A stretch of 64,000 nt of DNA from Marsupella aquatica (Eukaryota > Plantae > Marchantiophyta). The stretch is from assembly GCA_973895155.1 (NCBI GenBank), contig OZ316892.1, positions 20,709,619-20,773,618 on the forward strand. Reading direction: 5' to 3'. A model generated the notes under the pieces. That model ran no database searches and was not told where the DNA came from. It worked only from the letters and a program-made list of their open reading frames with translations. Shown piece by piece: positions 39,944-52,035 of the stretch (within the stretch, counting starts at the first letter, position 1; each line of letters starts with the position of its first letter). A program made the translations under genes and the position numbers.

Positions 39944-40140
39944 ATAGATTGCACTATATAGCCCTGTGCGAGGGCTTCCCGGTTTGAATTGAAACCAAGT
40001 TTAGAAACATGTCGAAATTTGTATGTTCCCGTTCGCAAAAGGGTCACCCTAAACCCTAGACACACCAGGCTTGTGAAACCTACCAAAAATTGTTCCTCGT
40101 AGAAAGAAGTGCAAATCGGTGACCGTGAGGACCCATCTGG

Positions 40141-40218
40141 GCTGTACCCACGTGCTCTGTGATATGTTGGAAGGCTCCCATGCTGTACCCACGTGCTCGG
40201 TGATATCTTGGAAGGCTC
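40141..40218. promoter_or_regulatory. Duplicated 41-bp element carrying two G-boxes (CACGTG) upstream of PPO
   Basis: gctgtacccacgtgctc.gtgatat.ttggaaggctc x2, with CACGTG at 40149-40154 and 40190-40195. A TATA-like tatata lies at ~39955 and a telo-box aaacccta at ~40051. Regulatory function is inferred. Confidence 0.5.
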
Positions 40219-40479
40219 TTAAGTCCCGCTGTAGAATTGACCCTGACCCAAGACTTCGGGGATAGCCTAGGGCTTTGAGCTTGAGAACTCCTGACCAACA
40301 GTGACTCCTTGCACGCATACTGACCTCCACACCGTCTTCAACATTCAAATTTCAACGGAAACATTCTCCAGATTACTGTATGTCATCACCATACAGCTTG
40401 AAAGATTGAGTTCCGGTGCTAATGGAGTAAAGGTAAAGCCGCCCCTCAAACGCAGTCATCCCGAGGTGCGTTTAGAAGT

Positions 40480-41770
40480 AGCACTTTGTATAGGATTCAG
40501 TACTCTGTGCATTTAATTCCATGAGACTGCTCTTTTCGTTACTAGACGACAGACTTTCATTGTACAAGAAGGATGAATTGTGTACGACGAGGTGGACGCT
40601 TAGCATTCAGTACTCTCGAGAAGCAGAATCGTACTCTGTGCATTTGATTCCAAGAGACTGCTCCTTTCGTTACCAGACGATACACTTTCATTGTACACGA
40701 CAGATGAGTACTGCCGGAGGAGGTAGTGACCGGAAATAAATTTGTCATTACAGTGGACACGCCTTCCAAATCACAGAGTATTCTCGATGTTTAGCAGTTC
40801 GTTGACGAAAACGACCCAATGAATAAAGTTAGGTGGTCATCGGTAATATATTGTGATTACAGGGGATATACCTTTTAGATCACAGAGCATTCTCGAATAT
40901 TTAGAGTTTGTTGAAGAAGAAGACCCAAGGAATCGAGGCCGGGGGAAGCATTGAATGCCTTGGAACTTGAGAAATGTTTATTTCGGACTGCTCCTTTATC
41001 AAGCGTATCCAAAAGCATTGCGCATATCACTTAATTAAATGAGGGGACTCTCCACACTGTTTCGTATTGATTAAAATGGTGGGAAACGTATCCTCAGTCT
41101 GCTGCTGATTCAAACTCTCTCGCACCTGGATACTGAGCAGCATCCATTCTGATGGCAGTTCTGACTAATCAACATCCTGTCTCTGTTTCTTCAACGTCTG
41201 TGGTGCAAGCAGTCCAGGTGGGAAAGTCGTTCTAAGGACTGCGGGAAATCAATGTACCTGTGACCACATCTCAATTCAGTCTTCATGTAAATTTTGGCTT
41301 GAGAACTGCGGGAGCAGTTACTAGACGATCTATGGCCTGTTATGTATGTTTGTATGTTGTCCATAATTGTAAAACTTCTTGACTCAGAACCACAAGTCTA
41401 TAATCTTCTCATTTTGTCTTAGATCTAAATCACGGCCCACACAAGCGATTCAACAGCATTGATTTGACGCTACTAGAGGTTTCTCTGACTTACCAGTAGG
41501 GCTTGATCCAGGAAACGAGAGAAGCTCTGCATGTCCTGTATGGAACATTAAGGATAGCCATTGTGAACGAAAGGATGTGCCTAAGTTGCTAAAGCTTGCC
41601 CTCCATGTTGGAAAGAAGATAGGTTGCACCAAATGCAGACTATGTTCCAGAATTTACCAGTTATGATTGGATCGATCTTCTTGGTGGAAGGCACTCTGGC
41701 GACCTGACAGGTGAATGGAGGTCCTCCGATACCGCTTCGGTGAGATCCTGGACCTATACAGTACAAATGT
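40480..41770 (+). pseudogene. NLR-like LRR remnant (3' part), with an internally inverted segment
   Basis: Homologous to 51375-52035. Degenerate LRR-like repeats (FSTLEKQNRTLCI; EVLRYRFGEILDLYST) with many stops and frameshifts. Confidence 0.4.
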
Positions 41771-43029
41771 GGCTGGACGGGCAAAGATATTCAACGGGAA
41801 AGTTCTCCAACATCTTCGGCTGATCGAGCAACTGCTTCGAGCAAACAAATCAAATTTAGCAGACAGAAAGTTCATGCTGCTGATTACATGTTTGGTGCAA
41901 CAATGTCTGCTGCCAAAGACTAACGAACGCGAAGAGAACGTACTCCAGTACTCAAATGATACCCAGTTCGAGTGTTTATCTCCAAGGAACTGTCTGAGGA
42001 GTTTGGATATCAGGCTCCCGTGTCTGAGTACTCAAATGATACCCAGTTCGAGTGTTTCTCTCCAAGGAACTGTCTGAGGAGTTTGGATATCAGGCTCCCG
42101 TGTCTGATGATCAATTGAAGATTGCAAAGCTTGGTGACTGTAGCCAACGCAATGTTCCAGAATCACGAAACAGTGTTCGTAGGATTGTCACAGGGAAGCT
42201 GTAAAGCAATGAATTCCATTTTTCAAGGTTCGAGTTGTTCCTGTCACGGAACAGGAGTTAGGACGAGAGAGCCGAATCATCGTTGGATGATTCAAACACT
42301 AAGAACTATAGTAACAAAGGAATCCTTGACGTTTTATTTTCTGAGTCTTATATGTCATCCAGAAAGCCCAATGAAAGGAATGTCGAAGGGCAGCATGATT
42401 GAGAATATGTCAGATGATGGAATAAATTACTATGAAAAACATGTCCCAGTGTTCCCTCTGTTTTGCAAGTTTCCTGGTAATCAATGACAATTCCTGGATC
42501 TCAAACCAGAGTCGAATTTGGCGGGGTTTATGTAGTTAGCAATCCCGGAAATAAGAGTTGACGGCTGTGTGATATGTCCACAAATTGTATCAACTCATCA
42601 GGTGCTCGAACTATCCTAGAAATATTCAAAGAAAATATAACACATGAATGAAAGCATTTCGCGGAAATTTGAAATCACATGCAAGTGTATTCCAAGCGAA
42701 GTAGGCTAGTACATGTCACCGAGATAGTACCGGAAAAATGATTTGACTTTCGATAATTACTGGCAAACTTGTACGACCATTTGCTTGCTTGAAGCATCTC
42801 TTCGGCATTACGAGTGAACTGAAATATCGAAAGTCTTCCCCTGAACAAAACTACATCCGCTCAGGTAGAAATGCAACGAATGCAAAAACCATCTCGTCTT
42901 TTCATAAAAACTGGATTCGTGAAGGCATCGTAGTGATCGAATGACTGTCACGCAGGTCTTTCAAAAGACGAGATTGTAGAAGTCAAGCTTCCCCAAATTT
43001 TCTTTGCCCGAAAGCAAGACCCTTCGACT

Positions 43030-44060
43030 CAGGAAAAAAGAAGTTCCAGAGAGCATACGACCCTCCGTGTAACACTGACGGTCCTGCAGAGATACGAATA
43101 ATACTCGCAACAGGGCTAGAAACTCTCCCAGCGAAACCGGTAGTACTTCTCTCAGCGATACGTGTAAAACTCGCAAAATGACCAAAAAACTTCTTACAAA
43201 TCTAATGGTAGCGATACGAGCTACATTCGCAACTTGACCAAAAAATCTCCTAGTAGGTATAAAGCCTGCTCGCGAAATTGACGGCCCTCCTCGCAGCGAT
43301 ACGGGCAGAATTAGCAACATAAGTACGTAGTGAGGATGCTAGCAAAATATATTGAAGGCCCTCCTCGCAGCGACTCGAGCAGAACCCGCAACACGACCAA
43401 AAATCCTCCTAGCAGAAGGGATGGCATGACCGAAGAAATCCCCCGAAGCAAGCAAAGCGTTAATGCTCTTTCTCACAACACTCCACATAAGATCGAGGAT
43501 TAGTTTCCCACAAGTTTTAGCCCTTCCAGCCCCAGGCTTCACATTATCTTTAGCAGTGCTGGGCTCCGGTGGAGTTCGGGCCGACGAGCTAGTCCCACCG
43601 GTACTTTTGTTGTCTCCAGGATTTTTAAAGTGAGAGTCGGGTTGAGAGTTTCTCGAGTGCTGAAATGAGGATGGTTGTGGGTAAAGACGATCAAAATCCC
43701 TGTCTCTGAGTCCTCTGTCACGCACTCTTGGGAAGAAGTCGGCTCCTGCCATCATGCATAACAAATCTGGATTTGATATTATTTCTTGAAGTGGGTGGTG
43801 CATTTTCTTTACTACCCGCACATCGATACTTCTGCAGCGGGCAAAGCGAAATACCCACAACCTCCTGTTATCTATCGACCAGAGACACCCGTTGTACGCT
43901 ATGACCCGAATTGGAGGAAACTCGTCCGGCCTCATTTTCTTCTTTGCAATCTCCTGACCGCCTGTTTGATACTTACGTGACTGTAAGGATCCTGAAAATA
44001 CAGATTTATGGAGTCCTGCGTAAAACGGATGTTAGCTGGGTCGACCGGCTTCGTTGTCAT
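43030..44060 (-). pseudogene. ParB/Srx-like domain fused to cationic amphipathic repeats; frameshifted
   Basis: ATG at 44060 gives MTTKPVDPANIRFTQDSINLYFQDPYSHVSIKQAVR. A 1-nt frameshift near 43952 (relative to the 55352 paralog) leads into MRPDEFPPIRVIAYNGCLWSIDNRRLWVFR...FFPRVR. Then come a linker and ARRIFGRVA-type repeats, with a stop at 43339 and broken repeats to ~43030. Confidence 0.8.
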
Positions 44061-44205
44061 AATTTCTATCGACAGTAGCTAGCTTGATTTCCTGCAGTCG
44101 TCTGGATCTATTTCTATCGACAGTAGCTAACTTAATTCCCGGCAGTCTTCTGGATCGTTTACTATCCTCAGTAGCTAACTTCCCTGCAGTCGTCTGGATC
44201 TAATT
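44060..44205. repeat. Three ~45-49-bp tandem copies immediately upstream of the ParB-like start codon
   Basis: ctatc..cagtagcta.ctt...cc.gcagtc.tctggatc x3. Confidence 0.9.
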
Positions 44206-47200
44206 CAGGTTTCCTTGACCTTGAGGATGGACCTTCTTTATTGCGTCAATGTGCGTGTGTATACGTTGCATTGACGTAATTCCCAATTCCGTCAAATGAC
44301 ATGACCCTACACCAGTCCCAATTCCCGTCCTCAATCTATATGTCGTATGTATTTCTCATGATCTCATCCGTCGCTCACCCTTGAGGCCCTCTGCGTATAA
44401 TTTTGTCAGCACACTACCCTCGAAACTTTATTTGTAACAACTGTGAACCAACCTCCCCTAAACACAGCATATATATATTCATTGTTCGTTTCCAAGCGCC
44501 AAGACGATCCTAATAATAACTTCACAGGGTCCACTTCCAGTGTTGAGAGAAAAGGCTTTCAACTAAACTACAATCATCATGTCCGAAACAGCTTCGGTCC
44601 TTTGACGGTCGTACGAACATTCCGCTCGAGTGAAGGGTCTCTTCAAATGCTGGTTTTGTTTGCTACGAGGGAAATAAAGGTCAGTTCCCGTAGGATCTAT
44701 TTCTCTTGGACTCTCGGAGATTCCTTTTCATGTATGTTTCATCCATCTACCGTCAATATTATGCTCTCTGCACACGCAGTCGTTAGACCGGCCTCGTCTT
44801 ATACATTATTTAAGATAACAAGAGTGACCAGATCATCTATCTTATCAACGAGAGGTTTGTCTAGGATACATCACAGTGACGAGAACCCCGAAGTATCGGA
44901 TTTAACTAACCTTATCTTAATGTCTTCAAACATCATGTCCCGGAATCCACTAAAATCAGCCGCCAATTGTGTATAGATATAGTGGAAATGGATTTGTCTT
45001 CGCAGCTAGTCCTCGGATTGAATACTCTTACTCTTATGAAACCTAATATCCCTCTGCCTAAATCTAAGGTCATACAAACACCTTTCCACATGTAAGACCG
45101 AGATGTGAAGTTAGGTTTGGGCATAGAGAGGCCATAGAGCTTGTTATGTTGTTTAAATAGTTATGGCGTTTCGTGTGGTTGGATTCTGCTTGATATCATA
45201 TATATCCAGTACTACAAGGTGGTGATGTACGCACAACTATCACAGTCTCCGAATTAAGGCATAAGGTACAACTGGTCCTATCTACTGTAGTTAAGGGGAG
45301 CCAGGCTTGAGATATTGGATACTGCGGTCATCAGCGGGCAAAGATTTTTAGTTCACTTTGAGATCCCTATTTTCTTTGACTTGGAAGGAATGGTTTTACT
45401 CCGAATGTAGCTGTTTTTAGATATCATTAAATGCTGGAAGAACACCTGAGATTATTTCAGACCTTACGAGATGAATACATGTTACAAAACTTTACTTGCA
45501 CCAAGAGGTCAAGAATCCAGTATTTCTCTAAACTCATGATGTCTTACTGGAGCACTATTTAGTTTTGACTTAGGTCTGAATTCACTTAGCCTCCAATGCC
45601 TTCCTTTGCTTTTCAGGAACGGTTTGGTGAACAGAGCCCTTGTTAAACACATAATCGGTGATATCAAACTTGTGGTCAAGATGTATCAACTGTACATCTC
45701 TCGATTTCGGTCTCATTCCAATTCCATTCACTGAAACTTCATATTCCGGCGCTGAATAAATCAAGGAGATGCCCAACTCCGTTTATTGCACACATCACAT
45801 CGTCGTCCAAACCAGTTCAGTACACAAAATAAAAGAAGAGACCAGAACGGTGCCTCTTGCAATGAGAGCTAGATCGACACGACGTGCGCTCGGGAAGGGG
45901 GTAGTCTGCTGACTGCACGAGCTCGATCTTCGACTGGACTGTGCAAATGGTGGTGAAAATGTGAGCAGAAATCCGCCACCAGTACATACGGACAAGGAAA
46001 ATTTCACTCCGCCCAACAGGAAAATTTCACTCCGTCCAACGGGAAAGTTTCACTCAGCCCAACAGGAAAGTTTCACTCCGTCATCATGATCGACATCGTA
46101 TTCCTCAGTATCATGATTGCAAGAACGACGCCTCCCGTACACAAGGAATTTCATGCCGCCTCGTAATCTGAATGGATAATTACGACACAAGGATTCGTGC
46201 CGAAGACCAGATCGTCAAGCGTTTCAAACTTCGAACATAGATGAGCCTATACCTATCACAATCGCTGCCGTACCTGTGGGTTGAGATTTTCTCGATCCCT
46301 CACAAAGATGGCAAGGTATGCCTCCGTTTCGTCTCAATGGTGTTATTTTATCCATGAAGTTGTTTGTTAGTAGGTTGTGAAATCTTACTAATGAATGGTC
46401 ATCCATTGGGGTCTTGACTTCTAGAGATAAGTCTTTCTCTATATAGTGACTCTAGGCCCACCAAAGTGTATGTGGATGGAAAAAAATATGCATGATATAG
46501 ATGTCATATATGTCAAATGATAATTCATTCATGAGTTTTGTCATATGAAGCTAGTGTGAATTGGATTCTGTATATGACGTTGCCATTTTCTATATGAATG
46601 CTCGTGTGAGTAGCAATGTACAAAATCCCGTATACGACGTTGCCATTTCTCTTTAAATTTAACTTTATGTGATGCACTCAATGAGTGGAAAGGTAGCAGC
46701 GAGTATAAAGTAAAAGAATGTGATGAGGATGGTTATCCTCATATGGTTGTTTTTCTTATTCATGTGGGCCATGAGGACATCTTGCATGTAGTTAAGGAAA
46801 TCCCCTATAGAGAAGAGCTGTAGAGGTGAGGACATATTTTTATTCACTAGGAGATTTTCTGCAGTTTGGCATCTCAAGTACAATGAATTTCTGCAAGTGA
46901 CCTTGTCCAAGAGTGTTGTGACCTGGGGCAGCTGGAACGACTGATTGGGCACCGAATGTGAGGCCTGCCAAATGTGAGGCCCGACCAGTCACGTCTGAGG
47001 TCATGACCAAAACTGAGGGCCAACTGCTACGAGGAGAGTACCCAGTTTTAATGTGTTCATCGACTCACCTTGCAATTTTCACACATTGATGCGACCCCTC
47101 TCAAATCTGAGAGCCCAAATATATCACTGCCCTGGCTGACTATACCCAGTTTAGGTGCGCCCAGTGCATGGTGGGATGCCCATGAGGTGTGTCTTTTCTC

Positions 47201-49231
47201 AATATTTGAAATGCCCTAGTAAATCTCCCTAAACTAGCTGGACGCAAGATATAATGATGAAAAATGGTAATGGATCCGCAGAATTGGAAGACATTTGTAA
47301 ACCAGAAATTTAAGAAGGTAGTGGTCTTGAAGTCAAATTCGAGAAGGTCGTCCATTTCACTTGTAGGGAAGTTGATTCAGTCAAAGCATCCATTTCGAGT
47401 GATTCTTTGGAAGAGTCTAGTCAGAATATTTGTTCGAAAACTGACATTAATAAGACCATTCTGGCTTTCAATTCTATTAGATAATGTACCTTACTTTATT
47501 ACTAAATTTGCTAGTTTCTCACTGAACCGTTTTTCATCCAACGATCCAGATAGATGTACATTATTTAGTCTTCCCCAGAAGAAGTGTTTGATATATTTCG
47601 GTGAAAATTAGTGTTCACAAAAAAATACCCGCCTAGAATAACAATACCAGCCGAAATGATTACTGAAAGGAAATCAGTAAGAATCCAACCTCACAAACTC
47701 CAAAAACTCATCTTAGTTATTTGACTCAAGGGCACTTTGATTTGCTCCCCCGGGAGCTTCTGTTGCTTTGGAAAACTCCACCGCTTGCTTTCGTTGTTCT
47801 CAAGATGTGAAATAAACACAGCTAAGAGGACTCTCTCCTTTCTTCGCAAACAACTAAGAAAAGACTTCGGTCTGATTGATTAGTTTTGCTGAGGTGCAGG
47901 TTGGTCTCTTGGCGATCAACTAATTGGAAGAAACACAATGTTTCTGTTATCTTGTTACTTAGAACTATTATTAGTTGTTTATTATGAGTTCGCTCTATTT
48001 GACAGAGACATGTGTTGTTCTTCATCGTGATCCTTCTCCACAAAATGAAAGGAAACGTACGTCTGCCATGAATCCTCAAAGATAAATATAGTAACTCAAT
48101 GTACGTGGAGCTATATATTTTGCAGTGGAAGTATGAGCTAATACATGATTGTCGGATTGCTCGAAAGGCGAAGCAGGGGAAATTGTGTTCAACTATATGT
48201 GTACTATCACGGCATAAGGAAAGATGGTGGCATTTGTGCCTAATGTTATCCCGAATGTTATATCAAACTAGGCCCTACATCCCCAGAGAAATACGTGTAA
48301 AACCAACGTCCCATTCGAAAGCCCTTAGAGCCGAATTTCAATTTCCATTATACAAGGCTTCTTTCTATGAGCTTCTAAGAAGACTAGTAAATTGGTCGGG
48401 CTGGAACGTGCTGGGTAGCAAATGGTTTTCCAGTGGAGGCCTGGACAGCGGATCGTGGTTAAATTGTTTCCGCAACAGGTAACGTTACAGAAGTTTGAGA
48501 ATGTTATTGTTATGTCCGGGGTAGTTGTTTTGGGCCCGTGTTGTGGATGCACCCGTGTTGTGGTTGTGGAAGTAAGGTCCTTGCATCAGTGCGGGTAGCG
48601 CAGCCATGGTATTGATGCGAAATGTTTGTTTGAACGTGTTGTGCTTGCAGAAGTGTACATTCTGGCCATGTTGTCTGTTGTCTTGTCTCGCTAGGTGGGG
48701 TGGCTTCAGAAAGGTAGTCCTTGCGGCCATGTTATTGTTGCGGAAGTGTTGAATAACTCTACGAATAACCGAAGACCGACTCCTGAACGACTGAACAAGC
48801 CATGAGCAAGCGAATAACGAATGTATGAAAGCAGCGAACAAGGCCCAAACGATGAACAACCCGAGAATTTATTGGACTTTCATCGCTAATCAAGAAAGAA
48901 GGACAACGGGATCTTCACCTGGTGCTAAACTTGTTGGAATCCCAGCAGGTGTGAACAGTGACAGCAAACTAGCCCCAAAAATGCCCGTTCATTATGCCAG
49001 ATTAGTTTCTAGGTGCTAAAACTAAGGTAATTGCGGAGTCGCCATATATAGAAGCAATAGCAGAGAATCGCAATAGAAGACTGTGTTTGATATTTCGGAG
49101 GAATCGACAGTTCCGGAGCTGCTCGACCGGCCAGGTCGCCAAGAGCAGGTAGCCAAGAGCTAGGGACTAACATCTACGGACCCTAGTTGCAGAAAACACT
49201 GCTAAGTTCCTCTGAGTCCAGCCTCCGAGCC

Positions 49232-49612
49232 TCAAAAGGTCGGCACGAAGCATTGGGAGCAACCGTACTCGCACACAGCGTACCCAGCAGTACCGGCACC
49301 GGCAGGTGGTACAGAAAACTGATAGGACCCGCCGGGGTTATTGTAATTGACGATACCATCAAACTGGCTACCATCGAACGTAGCAGTGTAATCGCTTTCG
49401 ATGCAAGTCAAGTGGTACAAACCATCGGAACTAGTGTAGCCGTTCATCGAGCACGTTGGCGTATCACCTCGTCCGAGGTTGTCCCAAAGTTGTGCGGATA
49501 AGGGGTACGCCCCGGGGTTCGAGTTGGCCTGATACTGGGCTTGGAAATTGACACAGCCGTAGACAGTGGGGGCGAGGATGAACATAATGGCGAGGATAGA
49601 TTTCGGATTCAT
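49232..49612 (-). CDS. Small secreted cysteine-rich protein, 126 aa, unknown family (copy 1)
   Basis: Intronless ORF with signal peptide MNPKSILAIMFILAPTVYG/C and 6 Cys in the mature part. A TATA-like sequence lies ~55 nt upstream. The ORF is intact in both duplicate units while neighbouring sequence is decayed. Confidence 0.85.
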   Translation of the reverse strand: MNPKSILAIMFILAPTVYGCVNFQAQYQANSNPGAYPLSAQLWDNLGRGDTPTCSMNGYTSSDGLYHLTCIESDYTATFDGSQFDGIVNYNNPGGSYQFSVPPAGAGTAGYAVCEYGCSQCFVPTF

Positions 49613-49869
49613 TTCCCAGATGGTCGATGACAGAAGAATTGAAAGTCGAAAAAGTTGACCACAATATATTATACTCTGCCGGCTGCCTTAGTTTTTGCTA
49701 TGGCGCACCGCAAGGTATGAACTTCAGTATTCTATCACCTTTTCCAGCTGCAATGTTTCCAGGACTTCCAACACAGCGGCCGAGTACGAACTGAGCTCCT
49801 TCTCCGAACAACTTGTAGTAAAGAGATCACCGATCGAGCTGCACACCAAATCAACCGCACAAATGGCGT

Positions 49870-52035
49870 CAGGCTTTTAGATCTATATCGATCCTGGAAG
49901 CACTATTTCTGCTTCTTGCTGAACATAGACTTAACTATGCAGCATGGTATACGAGTAGTACCGATGTCATTCACTCTAGACCCCTCTTCCTTTGGATCGT
50001 ATGTCAGGAAAATGTAACCCTCTGGCCTCCCAAATGCAAAGAAATAGAAACGCCCATATATACCTGACAGCCGATGTTCGATACTTAAGCGATCGTGTAT
50101 TCTCCCTGCGAAACCTTCAATCTGCCTCTAACAGTTAAATAGAGAGTCATACATGCACGACAGGTCAAGTGAAGGAAACTGCTAGCACGTTCCAGATACA
50201 GTTAGGGATCGTGCGTGCTCAGATTTCGATGGCAAATTGAGCTCTGTTTGGGAGAAGCAGCTGTGGACTCTTATATTCACCGTGAAAGCAAGAGAATATA
50301 ATCATTATTTTGCTGAAGAATGGAACAGAAAGACGCAAGGCAAAATTCTGCTGCCGGTGTCATGCATGGTTCGATGGACGTCTTAATTTGGCGGGTCTTT
50401 GGACTTTGGTCGTCCTTCAGCTCGGAGGCCTGTTCCTCGATCCGAGGGATTTGACTTCTTCGATAACGCCTGCAGGTCTCCGTAGAAAGGCCGTGCTCTC
50501 TTTGCCATTTAATATAATTTAATCATAAAGCGACAGCAGTGGGGGGAATGTTTTGCAGGTATGTGCGGTGGATCATTTATTGAACCGCGGTGCAACAAAT
50601 CTGACGAAATGGAGGAGTGTAGATTTCCCATGGACTGTAACGAAGATGCCATGCTATAAACCATACGGCGTAACCCTGGCAAGCAATAATAGTAGAGATT
50701 GTTCATCCTGTCAACGTTGACTGGAGAATCACAGTCAGAACATTCCAAACAGGATACTCTAATTCGGATTTGTTGGAATATATGCTCTTTCGGGACAGAA
50801 GGAAGTTACATTTGCCGTCAAAAGACGGTCGAATATGTGCCAATTTAACATTGATACAGAATCAGATCCTTGCCTTCATTTCCACCCCGGAGAGAGTGAC
50901 GATACTTACAAGTTCCCGAATTTCGATGTCCATTATAATAGCTTCTAGTAAGTAATAGCGAATTGATGCTGAACGGCAATCATCCTATTTTCAATCGAGG
51001 CATCGACAGAGACTGCCGATTGACACAGAATTCAGTGAGTGTCTTACCTTGCGGTCGATCAAGGTTCTGGCTTATCTCATTCTGCCTGGTTGGTCACGGT
51101 TCAGAACTACAGTATGATAACTTCGTCGCTCGCAATTTGGAATTCCGCAGCTCAATTTTCTAGTTTCGCACTGAAGAAATTGCTAAATTTTGTCTCCATT
51201 CCGCGTCCGCATAGTGAAGCTGGCACCACTGTAGACCATGGCCTGGAGCTGGCACTTTCTTGCATGGTGTTCTTAGACAGAGCAAGAAACAAGTTGAGAT
51301 ATCTGCGTTGGCAAAAACCAACAACGCGAGTCGGTCCAAGACAATGCAACTCCTTTCGTCACGTTCTTCCGAGGTACATTGGATGCATAGCATTCAGTAC
51401 TCTCGAGAAGCACAATCTTACTGTGTGCATCAATCAAACTGCTCTTTTCGTTATATATCAGACGATAGACTTTGATTGTACAAGACAGATGAATTGTGTT
51501 GAAGGAGGTGGACTCATAGCACTAAGTACTCTCGAGAAGCAGAATCGGACTCTGTGCATTTGATTCCACGAGACTATATACTTCTTTCGTTACAAGATGT
51601 ATGACTTTCATCGTACAAGACAGATGATAGTGTCGGAGGAGCTGGTGATTTGAAATGAATTTGTTTTTACAGTGGACATGCCATCCAAATCACATATTAA
51701 CATTCTCAATTTTTAACAGTTCCTTGACGAAGAAGACCCAAGAAATCAAGGAGGTGGTGATCGGAAATATATTGTTGTTACAGAAGATATACCTTCCAGA
51801 TCACAAAGCGTTCTCGATTTTTCAGAGTTCGTTGAAGAAGAAAACCCAAGGAATCGCGGCCGGGAAAGTCATTGACATATTCTTCATTGGGTGCAACCTA
51901 TCTTCTCTCCAACATGCCTTACACCAAGGAGATTGATCCAATGATAACTAGTAAATTGCAACCTATCTTCTGTCGGAACGGTGAATGGAGGTCCTCCGAT
52001 GACTGCTTCGCTGAGATCCTGGACCTGTACAGTGA
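49870..52035 (+). pseudogene. NLR (NB-ARC ARC2 + LRR) remnant spanning the duplication junction
   Basis: Degenerate motifs in the expected order: post-GLPL ILEAL..LL......W (~49890), SLRNLQSAS (~50103), YMHD (50150-50161), KLRYLRW (~51291), then LRR-like repeats. No P-loop seen; many stops and frameshifts. Confidence 0.55.

Larger units (their letters stand above)
40480..51284. repeat. Tandem segmental duplication, unit 1
   Basis: Colinear homology to 51375-60659 seen at many anchors (approximate): 40600/51520, 42360/52790, 42940/53365, 44600/54310, 45980/54740, 46260/56536, 47225/56925, 48700/57540, 49110/58262, 50600/59630, 51222/60597. Confidence 0.93.

Noticed and set aside
38255-39961. 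Several plus-strand and alternative-frame ORFs overlapping PPO
   Set aside because: Shadow ORFs of a GC-rich coding sequence, with no independent motifs.
46877-47222. Unit-1-specific insertion with a possible atctc TSD
   Set aside because: The indel is real, but there are no TIR or LTR termini, so I could not assign it to an element class.
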